A DNA stretch of 64,000 bases from Chrysomallon squamiferum (GCA_012295275.1 CM022666.1:6572001-6636000); one strand, 5' to 3'; shown: positions 1 to 10,884, counted from the stretch's first letter. Notes: generated from the sequence alone by a model not told the origin. Program-made: numbers and translations.

Positions 1-746
1 TAGCAATACTGTATGAATTAACTGTTATTTGAATTCATAGAAGGAAAAAAAAATGTCCTTGAAAAGGTTGTGTTTTTCTCACTTTCCAAAACATGCTGGA
101 AATAACCATCAAAATGTCCAGTTATCTGTTCAAATGAAATTTGAAAATAATAAAAGACTTAATTTAAGAGTGAATTTAATAAATAGTTTCTTTATCTGAA
201 AAATCCAAGCTTTACAAAGTGATCTTTCTCTGTATACGTCATCAAATTCTGCATCCAATAACGAACCTAGCCAAAATCACAATTTCTTTTTTTACTATCA
301 GTCAAAGTGGATACATTCATCATTTCATGGGCCAATCAGTAAACAGAATATTAGTAAAAAAAAAAAACTATGAAGTTATTGGAAAACAGTTTCATTTCTA
401 AAAACAGAAAACAGAAAATATCAATATTATGATAGGTGGAAACAACATATGCTTTTCTATTTATGGAAATTAAACATTTTAGAAACATTTCGTTTTTACT
501 GATATAAAATCTAGCTTGGCACAACTTGCTGTTGCCAATGATTATCACCTTTATGTACAAAATTTTGAAACCAAAGACATTTCAATTTTTTTTGGTTTTT
601 TTAAATGCACTAACAAAAAATAATAAAAAATAAAAAATAAGAAAGAAAGAAAGAAAGCAGAGAGAGAGAAACAAAAAGAAATGTTAAATGAAAAAATGTA
701 TTCTGCATCAGTTAATTATGAAATATTTAATGTAATTAATTAATAA

Positions 747-938
747 CTAGTCTTTCTTCAGACGGGGACTTGTCATGCGGTAGATGATGCTCTCCCTTCC
801 TGGATCCATGTACCAGATTCCATAGGCAACAGCGTACACAGCAACAGCCAGGAGAATCATTAACCAGAGGACGATGTTGAAGACAGGGGCAAATAAATCT
901 GTATAGTTTTCGGCAAGGTTTTGAGGCAGACTTTGTGT
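747..938 (-). CDS. ATP6AP2: ATP6AP2 exon 8 (TM helix, cytosolic tail, stop)
   Basis: tag acceptor 941-939; TQSLPQNLAENYTDLFAPVFNIVLWLMILLAVAVYAVAYGIWYMDPGRESIIYRMTSPRLKKD*; TAG at 749-747. Confidence 0.97.
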   Translation of the reverse strand, partial: TQSLPQNLAENYTDLFAPVFNIVLWLMILLAVAVYAVAYGIWYMDPGRESIIYRMTSPRLKKD

Positions 939-1150
939 CTAAGATTTAAATAATAAAAAAAAAAAAAAAAAAAAAACAATATAGTACATGTAAAGAATAC
1001 TGTGAAATAAAATTTAAAAAAAATCTATTTAATGATAATTTTAATTATGTTTCACTTGGTTAGTTAAATTATTCTGTTCATAATTAGGTAAAAGCTTTAA
1101 ATCAGGTTCTGGGAATGAAATTATTTTAATAATAATAATAATAATAATAA

Positions 1151-1185
<35 letters not shown>

Positions 1186-4100
1186 TGATTCATCTTGCTA
1201 TATTAATAGCCCAGAAAACAAATTTGTGTTTGAAATTAAAAAACAATGGGAATGTGAAACGTGATAGAAAAATGTAATTCTTGTAAATGTTTTTTTTTTT
1301 TTGTTATGATCAGTGAAGACATTTTTATGCTGGAAATATGTGTAATTAAAGCAGATTAGAACAGAATAGATATCGAATGAAAATTGAATTAATCTGAACT
1401 GAACTGAAATGAACTGAACTGAACTGAATTAAATATTAACCCCCCCTAAGTACATTTGGTATTATTATCTTAAAATGTAAAAAAAAAAATTAAAAAAAAA
1501 ACAAACAAACAAACAACACTTACAGTATTTGGTGCTGACATTGGTGCTAGTGTTGATGCTGATGTTGATGCTGATGTTGGGTCTGATGATGCCATAAGGC
1601 TTCTCACTTTTCGAGAATGACCTTTCCGGGAAGTTGTCAAGAAAACTTCAAACACCACATTATCCTTGTACAGTGATTTCAAATCATCTCTCATCTGCAA
1701 CAGAAAATATATGTATAATTCCTAGAAATGATTGTTAACTATTTTTCTCTTTTAAAAAAAACAATAATAATAATACCAGTAATTATAAAAAGGAATAAAA
1801 AGGATTCTTATCTCGATTTATTTTTCACTGAAGATTGTTGATAATGTAATTGAGATTTGTTTCCACTGAATTTTTTTATTTTTTTATCTACAGTAAAGTT
1901 TATTTAACACTCTTTAATAAAAAAAAAAATTTGTCAGTATAGGCATCAAAGATTCCTATTATTTAGATTAAATATAATTATTTGAATAACACTGTGTAAT
2001 ATACTTTGTACACTGATAGAAAAAAACAAAAAACAATGTATATAATTCATACATTTTTCCTTTTATTACTATGGTTATGCTACTTAATTATCAGCAAAGA
2101 TTGATCCCCTGAAATCAACATGATAGTTAACTGTGTACAGGTGAAAATATCAGTCAAAAGGACATTTATTAAATAAATTGCTATATATTTTTGTATTCTT
2201 ACTGAATGAATGAAATCAGTCAACATTTGTTTCGCATCTTCTGTCTGTGCAGAATGGGGTCCATGTTTGTCTACAACAGATTTGAAACCAGTCATTGTGA
2301 ATGAAAGCAAGTCTGGACTTTTGCCTTTGACCATCTTAGGATTCTTCAGCATCTAAAAAAAAAAACATTCACATTATAATAGTATATAAATGAATGCAGA
2401 TTTGAAAATGTTTCAGCTGGATTATAACTTCAAATTCCAAAGAATATTTTTACTAGTTTATAACAAAAAAAAAAATATATATATATATATATTTATATTA
2501 TTTTCAGACTATAAATATTTTAATAAATTCAAACATTTCTGCCACCACTTTTGAAAAGTTCCAAATTTGGACATTTTTATTATAGAATGGTCAAAATAAA
2601 CTGTTTTTAGATTATATGGATTGAACACTCGTTAAATTCATTAAACATAACATCACAGCAATTCAAGCTACACAAATTTTTACCACTGCCCCTGAACAAA
2701 TTCAGACTGTTTTGCAGAGCTCCTGTTTTTCAATTAGCAGTAAATACATTTTTTATGTTTCTACCCATACACAGGAATAAATATACAATTTCTGTAACAA
2801 ACCAGACATGAGGCACCAGTTAGAACAGGAATTATCCAAAATGGACACAAGAAAAAGAATGATTAGTTGATCAATCCTGATTATTGAAGTATTAAATAAA
2901 AGCATGACCAATTTTAAAATATTTAAATTGGGTCTAAGTGTGAAATTTAAAAAAAAGTATAGATCCATTGAAATCACTGGTCTGAAAAGTGGTTGATGTG
3001 ACTAACCAAGGGACTGAAATGACTAGGGGTTAAAAGAGAATCATTAAATACCGGAGACTATTATGAAAATGATTATACCAGTACAAGAAACTTGTGATTA
3101 AAATCATTAATATGATTTTTGGTCTTTTTATATTTTTAGATATTATCAATGTTTATCAATCTTTAAATAGACAAATTTATTACTCATATTAATTTTTATT
3201 TTTTTATTTTACAAGCTTTGAGGTTTGATAATATATCAAGGACTCCACAAAGAGGGGCTGATGGTTTAAAAAGTTTGGCAATTCCAGACTTAAATTGTCA
3301 TTTCATTCACTGTAACAAAAAAAAAAAAAAAAAACACTTACTGTTTGAATTACGTCACTTATCATCTGCATCTCGCCCATGAAGGTCATGTCAGAGTTCA
3401 AGGACATGTTTAGTGAACCAGATCTCAGTTTCTGTATAACAGAATCTGGGTCAAAGAGTCTATCTTTGACCTGGCGCAGTGAACTGGGAAGTTTTTTGAA
3501 AAGCTGGTTCTCTGTCTGCATGTCAAACATCTGAAAAATAGTAAAACATTGGTGAATAGCAAAATATACAAAATATACTAAATATGTATGTATAAAACAT
3601 TAAAACATGGTGAGTAGCAAAATATACAAAATATTAAAACATGAATCAAAAATACTAAATATGTATAAAAATATTAAAACTGAATATGTAAAGCAAAATA
3701 TAATACTAAATACAAACATGATATAAAATGTATAAACTGAATATGTAAAGCTAAAGACAAACCAAGTGTTTTTAATTATGAAAGGTACAGATTTAACTTT
3801 TCGTATTTTGGAGATTGAAACATTTGTTAAAGTTAATGTATTATAGTGTGGAGATAAGCACATTTATATTAAAATGTATGAAGATGTGAAGTGAAGTGTA
3901 TTAGTACGTATATTAAAATATATGAAAATATGTGTATAAATAATTATATTGAAATGTATGAAAATATGGAGACTGTGTGTTAATAATTATATTGAAATGT
4001 ATGAAAATATGGAGACTGTGTGTTAATAATTAAATGTATTGGAGATTGTAAATATATTGAAATGTATGAAAATATGGAGACTGTGTATTAATAATTACAT

Positions 4101-6183
4101 TGAAATGTATGAAAATATGGAGACTGTGTATTAATAATTACATTGAAATGTATGAAAATATGGAGACTGTGTATTAATAATTATGTTAAGAAGTTAAAAA
4201 GTACGATAATATTCTAAATAAGTTCAAATGTACAGTAATGTGAAAATCATATAATTATGTTAAAATGTATGACAATGTGGGGAGAGTGTAATTAGATTAA
4301 AATATCTGACAATGTGCATTTAGAAAACAGACATTTTTTTTTTTTAGATAAAGGAACAAGTTATTATAGAATATATGGCACACATACAAATAACTTGAGA
4401 AATTTGTTGTAAAAAAGAACAAAGTTAAACCTAGTCGAACCATAATGAAATTAAAAAAAAAAATAATATTATAAAATAAAATAAATAAATAATAAAATGA
4501 AATAAAATAAAATATAAAATAAAATATAAAATAAAACTTACCTTATTATCTGTAAGAAGATCTAACAGAAGAGGGTCTTGGTCAAGAAACGTTCTCTGAA
4601 TTGAATTCCTGACATTCTCCATATTGAAAAACGGCAAATCCTGAAAATAAAAATAATTTTATCTAGACTGTCGTTATAATATAACTGCAAGTGTTCTGTC
4701 ACAATACAACCAATGTAAATGACTACATTGATACACTATTAATTATTTTTCTACATAATTTTCGTGGGATCCCAAAAACTAATTTTTTTTCGAAACTGAT
4801 GAACCCTCAATCCATGTAAACTGATTCATTTATTTGTTAATACATGTACATTAATATAATCCACAGTTTTAGTTTCTAAATATTTTTATGCAGAACTCTC
4901 TTTAGCTAGCTAAGGAATGTGGAACTTTAATTAGGAATTGTCCATACATGACTGAAACAAGATTCCTCAAGGGAGTCTGGCATTAAGGAGGTTCCCTTCT
5001 CTCCTCCCCAGGTAATGCTGAAACTTCTTTATCTGACTTCTCAGTCAAGTAATGTATCTTGGAGAACACAATTAAAGGGTGAGTGTTGGAACATACGTTA
5101 ACAGAGGTGTGACAGTGGAAATTAAAACTTACATCCATCATAGGAAATTTAGCTTTATTTTTGAGATCCAAGGGTTTGTCTCCAAGACTTTCGTGTAATT
5201 CTACGGTTAACATCACATTTGCTTTTGGTCTCTTGAACACTGTTTTATGAACCATGCCTTGCCAATCTAGATCCTGAAAAAATTAAAACAAATAAAGATA
5301 ATTCTGAAACTGAAGACTTTATTTTATGAAATGACAGGCAGAAAAGGAAATATTTTAAATTTTGTAAATTATTAAAAATAATTGATACATTATAAACCTG
5401 CATAACAAATATGTCTATAATGACTTGTGTTATGAAATTATTTCAATCACTGAAGCATATAAACAGAACTTTTATTTTCAGTTCTACAAAATGTTGACAA
5501 ATTTTTGTGAAACACCTGTAACAAACATGCACATGCACAAAAACAAAGAACATGTTAACAATCCATCATTCTGAAATTTCAAATCAGTTTTTCTCATTTT
5601 ACAAAACATGATTAATTTTGTATACTGTTTGGTCATTTCATGTGGAACCATCCATCAGAATTACACTGCAGTCTTCTACTGCAATAGCTGTTTATATACA
5701 GATGTTTACTGGAGACCATGTTTTGTGGATAATGTCCAATTAAACCATTTGCTAAAACTTTTCTACCAAAATTAATACATAAATTAAATTTCATTTACAG
5801 TCTAATGTGCAGGTCTTAAGCTTACAGTGCAGAACTCAGCTTTGTTTAATTATAAAAAAACAAAATTTCACCTTCTGAGAGCCAACACCCAGTGTGTTAG
5901 CAACCAGACCTGGCAACTGACTCGTCTGTAACCGTGACGACTGCTGCTGGAATGTCACGTATTGCGGAGCATGCATAACTACCAGTTGCTGTACTGCAGA
6001 TCCAACTGACAGAATACCTGAGAAATAAAATAAAATAAAATAAAATAAAATAAAATAAAATAAAATAAAATAAAATAAAATAAAATAAAATAAAATTTCA
6101 ATAAATAAATAATTATAAATAAGTATAGAATAATAATAAATAAGTAAATAAATAAATAAATATCAACAACAGCAATAATAATC

Positions 6184-6218
<35 letters not shown>

Positions 6219-7309
6219 TATAATAATAAAAAAAATAATAATAATGAATACGTATTAATGGTTAAAGTATAATATATTTTCCTTTTAGCGAATCTCCTGG
6301 TGTTTATAAAATCAGAGTGAGGTTTCTGCTCTGCTCAGTATGACACTACACTTTTGAATGCATCTGTTGAAAAATATTCTGTTAAATATTTTATTCTTCA
6401 TAGTATATTTAGTTAAACTTAAATAGAAGTATATTACATATAAATCTGGATTATTATTCTGCTATTTATCTTTATGAAAGATAAAATAGATGTATATATT
6501 TTCAAACAAAATGAATAATAAATACATTTAATAAAAACAAAAAGACACTGCATATAATATATAATTTTTAAACAATATAACAGAACAATATTAAAAAAGA
6601 TGATGATGATGAACAGGAATAATTTATTCAGGTTTATATGTTCAACATAAGTGTGATTTAAAAATAAATTACAGTATTGTTTGGCATTGAAAAATACACT
6701 GATGCATTATTGTACATTCCAGTTAATATCAATTTCAACAGTTTTCAAACATACATTGTCTTACTCTTACAACATGTAATAAATAACAATAAAACTAGAA
6801 GACACTTTGCAAAAAGAAAAGAAGAAAAATAAATCTGAATATATGATTAACAAATATGATATGAATTTATCGAAAATGATGAACTTCAATGTTTGAAATT
6901 AAATACATTAAATACTAATTTTAATTTTATACAGTATGACTATCATGACACTACGTATAATATGCATTTTATTTTAAAATTACATAACTGATATTGTGTT
7001 GCTTTAAACAAATAATACTGGTTGGAAAATTAAATATTTTATTTTTGTTTGATATTTGCTAATGACTGATAAATGCATGCTTATGAAACTAAACGATCAG
7101 ACCTGATTATAATTTTTACACTCATGCAACACCGACATATTAAAATTCTTTTAAAGAGAGGCATTATTTAGTACGCGAATTTATTCTGTTAAATAATAAC
7201 ATCAACAGGAACTCACAAAAGTTCATACCACTTAACAATCCATACCTGATATTAATAAAACAGAAAACATCCTATACAAGGAAATCTTAACAGACCGGAC
7301 AGGCACCAT
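747..7309 (-). CDS. ATP6AP2: V-ATPase accessory protein 2 / (pro)renin receptor, complete 8-exon gene, about 383 aa
   Basis: Coding exons 7309-7246, 6017-5872, 5273-5133, 4640-4542, 3530-3342, 2352-2203, 1694-1524 and 938-747. All have GT..YAG borders and consistent phases (1,0,0,0,0,0,0). The protein has a signal peptide, DLDWQG..FKRPKANV (human DLSWPG..FHRPRATV), a furin site RKVR, and a TM segment plus tail NLAENY..VFNIVLWLMI..WYMDPGRESIIYRMTSPRLKKD matching the ATP6AP2 C-terminus. Confidence 0.97.
1524..1694 (-). CDS. ATP6AP2: ATP6AP2 exon 7 (furin site RKVR, Ser/Thr linker)
   Basis: cag acceptor 1697-1695, gtaagt donor; MRDDLKSLYKDNVVFEV..SRKVRSLM..; 171 nt. Confidence 0.95.
2203..2352 (-). 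CDS. ATP6AP2: ATP6AP2 exon 6
   Basis: tag acceptor, gtaaga donor; ..KSPDLLSFTMTGF..DAKQMLTDFIHS; 150 nt. Confidence 0.95.
3342..3530 (-). CDS. ATP6AP2: ATP6AP2 exon 5
   Basis: cag acceptor, gtaagt donor; ..SLRQVKDRLF..GSLN..DMTFMGEMQMISDVIQT; 189 nt. Confidence 0.95.
3860..4310. repeat. 43-bp intronic minisatellite in ATP6AP2 intron 4
   Basis: Unit ATTGAAATGTATGAAAATATGGAGACTGTGTRTTAATAATTAY starts at 3948, 3991, 4056, 4099 and 4142, with degenerate copies on both flanks. Confidence 0.9.
4542..4640 (-). CDS. ATP6AP2: ATP6AP2 exon 4
   Basis: cag acceptor, gtaagt donor; DLPFFNMENVRNSIQRTFLDQDPLLLDLLTDNK; 99 nt. Confidence 0.94.
5133..5273 (-). CDS. ATP6AP2: ATP6AP2 exon 3
   Basis: cag acceptor, gtaagt donor; DLDWQGMVHKTVFKRPKANVMLTV..; 141 nt. 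Confidence 0.95.
5872..6017 (-). CDS. ATP6AP2: ATP6AP2 exon 2
   Basis: cag acceptor 6020-6018, AAG|gtgaaa donor; GILSVGSAVQQLVVMHAPQYVTF..LPGLVANTLGVGSQK; 146 nt, phase 1 in and phase 0 out. Confidence 0.93.
7246..7309 (-). CDS. ATP6AP2: ATP6AP2 exon 1 (start codon, signal peptide)
   Basis: aagATGg context; MVPVRSVKISLYRMFSVLLIS+G; CAG|gtatgg donor whose phase 1 matches exon 2. Confidence 0.85.
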
Positions 7310-7318
7310 CTTGGATGA

Positions 7319-7326
7319 TCATGTGA
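7319..7326. promoter_or_regulatory. M-box (TCATGTGA), MiT/TFE-type site next to the ATP6AP2 start
   Basis: TCATGTGA lies 10-17 nt upstream of the ATG. V-ATPase genes are established MITF/TFEB targets. Confidence 0.55.
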
Positions 7327-8039
7327 TATAAAACGACGAATAACTCCAAAGTATTTTCTCGTTGCAGTTCTTTCCCTTGAGCCATAATTAAATGAAATAA
7401 AACGCACTTTACGTAAAGTTCTTCAACTTAAACCAAAAAGCAAATTTTCAAATTTTATATCTGTTTTAAGTAGATCACTTCAACTGATCATATACTAAAT
7501 TAATTACAACATTATTTTAAAGTATGAATACTGAAATTAGGTACTCAAAAGTAATTTTCTATTTTTCCTACTGCTCGGAAGACAACTACAAAACAAAAAC
7601 AAAACAAACAAAATTTTGGAAGAAGAAGTTTTTTATAATTATATTACCATTTTCATATTTCCAATGGCATTAGTTACCAACGAACACACCAAGAGCATAA
7701 AAAAATGCGAGAAAATTGTTTGTTTGAATGTGACCTAAATTTTATTAGATGTTGTCATGTGCTCGTGATATGATGAAATGAGATAACGAAATGATATGAG
7801 ATAACAATGAATGAAATACGTGCTGTATGTGTTATGCAGAAGAAAAAAAGAGAACGAACAGAGAAAAAGAAATAAAGAACAAAAGACTAAGGAAAAAACA
7901 CGGGAAAATAAAGAAAATAAAAGTAATTTTAAAAAACTCTGCGTTTTCTATTGTCACTGACCCTGATGTACATTTCCAGTACAAACATTTTCTCTGCATG
8001 ATGTTTGAGGAGGATCGTGCTGAACGAATTTCATGTTAG

Positions 8040-8096
8040 GTCACGTGATTTATTTTTACAATATAAATAAGTGAAAGTTACCCAGTGTAGTCACTT
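8040..8096 (+). promoter_or_regulatory. Core promoter of the secreted peptide gene: E-box, TATA box, Inr-like element
   Basis: GTCACGTGA 8040-8048, TATAAATA 8062-8069, TCACTT 8091-8096 about 30 nt after the TATA box. Confidence 0.65.
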
Positions 8097-8155
8097 CATC
8101 GTCTTCCAGTGTTTTGTGCCAGTCATTCGAAGTGTTGAGAAATTGTTTTGTTCCA
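8092..8155 (+). other. Non-coding first exon (5' UTR) of the secreted peptide gene
   Basis: gtaagc donor at 8156; intron ends at ttttccag 8306; caaaATG follows at 8311. The 5' end is approximate. Confidence 0.65.
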
Positions 8156-8310
8156 GTAAGCATTAATATATATTTTATTTATTTATATTTTTTGTTTGTT
8201 TTTTGTTTGATAGTTCGATTATTCTCCTCTTCTTTCACATTAATTCTTTTACATTTAATTTTAATATAAAGAATCAAAATAACTGAATAAATTTATATTT
8301 TTCCAGCAAA

Positions 8311-8992
8311 ATGAGGACCACGTATTTCTTGGTACTCCTGCTGGCCTTGACCTTGGTTCCTGAAAACGTGGACGGCTGGTTCTTCCGATCCGTGCGAAGA
8401 ATTCGCGTCAATCCGTATCACACACTTGGTTGTATGGCGGCCTGTAAGTGGGCCAGGAGCTGGGCATGCAAAGGTGTGCAAGAGGAAGAGAGGACTGGAC
8501 GTACGTGTTCCTCCAGCAGAGGTATTTGCTAGATATTTAGCTTTTCTCCACAATTTAAATTTTAAAAAATGTAATCGGCACGCGGTAAGATTGTTCATGA
8601 ACAACCATATATATTGAAAATGTATTTTGAATTTTGAGGATGCTGACGATGTCGCTGCTTTGAAAGAATTGGATTTCGATGGAGATGGTTTTGCTGATCT
8701 GAATGAAATCGCTGCAGCATCGGGTCTGAAGCCCACAAACGTGGTTCAGATGAAAAAATTCCACGCTGCAGATGGCGATGGTGACGGCAAACTGAACGCA
8801 GCTGAATTGGACGATTTCAACTTCGTCGATAAAGATGAACGTAAGTAGAAAAAGAGAAACGCGTTTAGATCTTAAGTTTACTCGAATAAATGAGAAATTG
8901 AAACTGATAACGATTTTTTTTTTCTTGCAGTTGTTGAAGCCGTCGATGAAGATGGAGCTGATGACGCTGGAGACGATGACGTCGTACATTAA
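8311..8992 (+). CDS. Secreted cationic Cys-rich peptide precursor with acidic two-EF-hand C-terminal domain (putative antimicrobial peptide precursor); frameshifted in this sequence, possibly a pseudogene
   Basis: Exons 8311-8521, 8639-8840 and 8931-8992. Signal peptide MRTTYFLVLLLALTLVPENVDG; peptide WFFRSVRRIRVNPYHTLGCMAACKWARSWACK[frameshift]VC; KRKR; EF loops DFDGDGFADLNE and DGDGDGKLNAAE; acidic tail ending DDDVVH*. Donors gtattt 8522 and gtaagt 8841; acceptors gag 8638 and cag 8930. About 157-158 aa once repaired. Confidence 0.8.
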
Positions 8993-9035
8993 AATACTTG
9001 TACTTGTAAAAGAAAATACTGGGATAAAAAGGTTT

Positions 9036-9041
9036 AATAAA
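9036..9041 (+). terminator. Polyadenylation signal of the peptide gene
   Basis: AATAAA about 45 nt after the TAA stop, followed by T-rich sequence. Confidence 0.7.
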
Positions 9042-9864
9042 ATGTACAAAAATTTCTTCTATGTATTTTTTATTTAAAAAACGGTACCATTTTGGTATTA
9101 ACATTATACATTTATAATCAAACGTCGTTCGCCACAAAATCTAGACAATCCTGATTTGGTTTCGAGAAATCAATTGCTAGAAATTGATTTGTTCTAATTT
9201 ATAGCAATTTATTGCGTGTGTTTGTCTATGCGTGGTTTTTTTATAAGTGTTGTGTGTTATTGTGTATGTGCTTTTCTGTTGTTTTTTTTTTTTTTTTTGG
9301 CTTTGTGTTTGAATGTATTTTTGTGCGTGTGGTTTTTTGTTTGAGTATGTTTGTCTATGCGTGTGTTTGTGTTGGTATGTATTTATATGTATGTTACTGT
9401 GTTTTTGCATTTGTGTGTACTCGTGTTTGTGTTTGTGTTTTTTTTTTTTTGTTGTATTTTTATGTTTGCGTGTTCGTGTTTGCATTTCGATTACTTTGAA
9501 TACAGTTGCGAACAAATAATTAAAGTAATCAACTACTGTCGGCTACCTAGTTATTTATCGGAATAACGTCACTGCTTTGACGTCACTTTTATACCGAGAT
9601 ATCGGACGTCACTGAAAGCACCAACGACTATCGTAATGTTAACATGTCTACCTGTGTTTTCTATTTCTTGAATTGCTCAAACCCAATCTAAATCTCGTAC
9701 ACTTTATTTCAAATTTCAATCTAAAATATTTTGTAAACATTGTGTTCCTTCAATGCCTGGCTATATATTTGAATGTAGGACGCTGTTTCTCGTAAAATAC
9801 GTTTAAAATTATAATTTGAAGAGTTATAGCTTATAGACGTAAAGGCCTTTCTTTCTTTTTTTAT

Positions 9865-9901
<37 letters not shown>

Positions 9902-10848
9902 GAAGAACGTATTTAATAAATAACATATATTTGCATTATACAAAGATTGATTTAGCATAATAAATTTAATCTCATTTCTATCATAATCCAGTTTCAACTC
10001 CTTTTACTTATTTTGTTTTATTATGTTTTATTTTTACATTGCTGTCAGTTATGTGGTTGTTTCTTAAGGGTTTTATTTTTGAGATAATAGTAGTAGAATA
10101 AGTAATACTGGAGATGGTGGTGGTGGTGGTGGTGGTGGTGGTAGTAGTAGTAGTAGTAGTTGCAGTTGTTCTAGTAGTTGTAGTAATTGTAGTAACTGTT
10201 GTTTTTTAGATCAACTGAAAAATTAAGCATTTGTTATTTACAAACTGCTTGATACTACTTCACTAGAGAAGACAAACGAAATATATGACATTAATGTGGT
10301 CGTCGTCATTATCATCATCATGAACGTCAAAATTATCGTTGTCGTTGTCGTCGTCGTCGTCGTAGCTTTAAACACCTAACTACAGTCAATTATAAAATAA
10401 ATTGGAATAACTTTGTATTATTCACTATAATACAGTGTGTTTGCGCATGTCTCTGTGTACGTGTGTGTGTTAGTGTGTGTGTAAACCATCATTGTTTTAA
10501 TGACATTTGATAACAATAAACACAATTATCGTCTTCTAGGTTTCATTTTATAGATAAACCCATGTAGTTGCCTTTCAGCAAAACATAATTCGTTAAATTT
10601 TAACGATCTGATGAAGATAGATGGGCTTGTTATTTAATCAATATAATGTGATCACAGAAATTTTTCGACTGAATTTTCATTAATTAAACTTCGATATTCC
10701 GAAAGTTTTTATTTGTATTACACAAGGTTGAAAAATGAGATTAAATTTATTAAGCTATCGTAATCCTGTTTCACTGCTTTTAGATCATTTAGTTCAATTT
10801 AAAATTTAATTTTAACTCTTTGTATGTGTATGTGTGTGTATGTATGTG

Positions 10849-10884
<36 letters not shown>

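Noticed and set aside
780-812. ATP6AP2 tail DPGRESII lacks the Tyr of the vertebrate YDSI sorting motif
   Set aside because: As I recall, Arg at this position is the usual invertebrate state, so it is not unusual.
3948-4185. Regularly spaced repeats resembling a CRISPR array
   Set aside because: Head-to-tail units without unique spacers, inside a eukaryotic intron; it is a minisatellite.
8577-8587. Partial matches to known miRNAs (miR-124-like GGCACGCGGT here, miR-92-like ATTGCACTTGT at ~17925, miR-2-like TATCACAGC at ~12375)
   Set aside because: Matches are only 9-11 nt, diverge over the rest of the mature sequence, and lack a proper precursor hairpin.
8636-8700. Programmed +1 frameshift (antizyme-like UGC-UGA) or a selenocysteine Gly-Cys-UGA motif in the spliced peptide mRNA
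   Set aside because: The fourth Cys and KRKR lie in the +1 frame well upstream of this stop, so an indel at ~8470-8478 explains everything more simply. I saw no SECIS-like stem in the short 3' UTR.
8293-9137. Antisense ORFs of 147, 164 and 90 aa over the peptide gene
   Set aside because: They are shadows of the plus-strand coding exons and run through introns.
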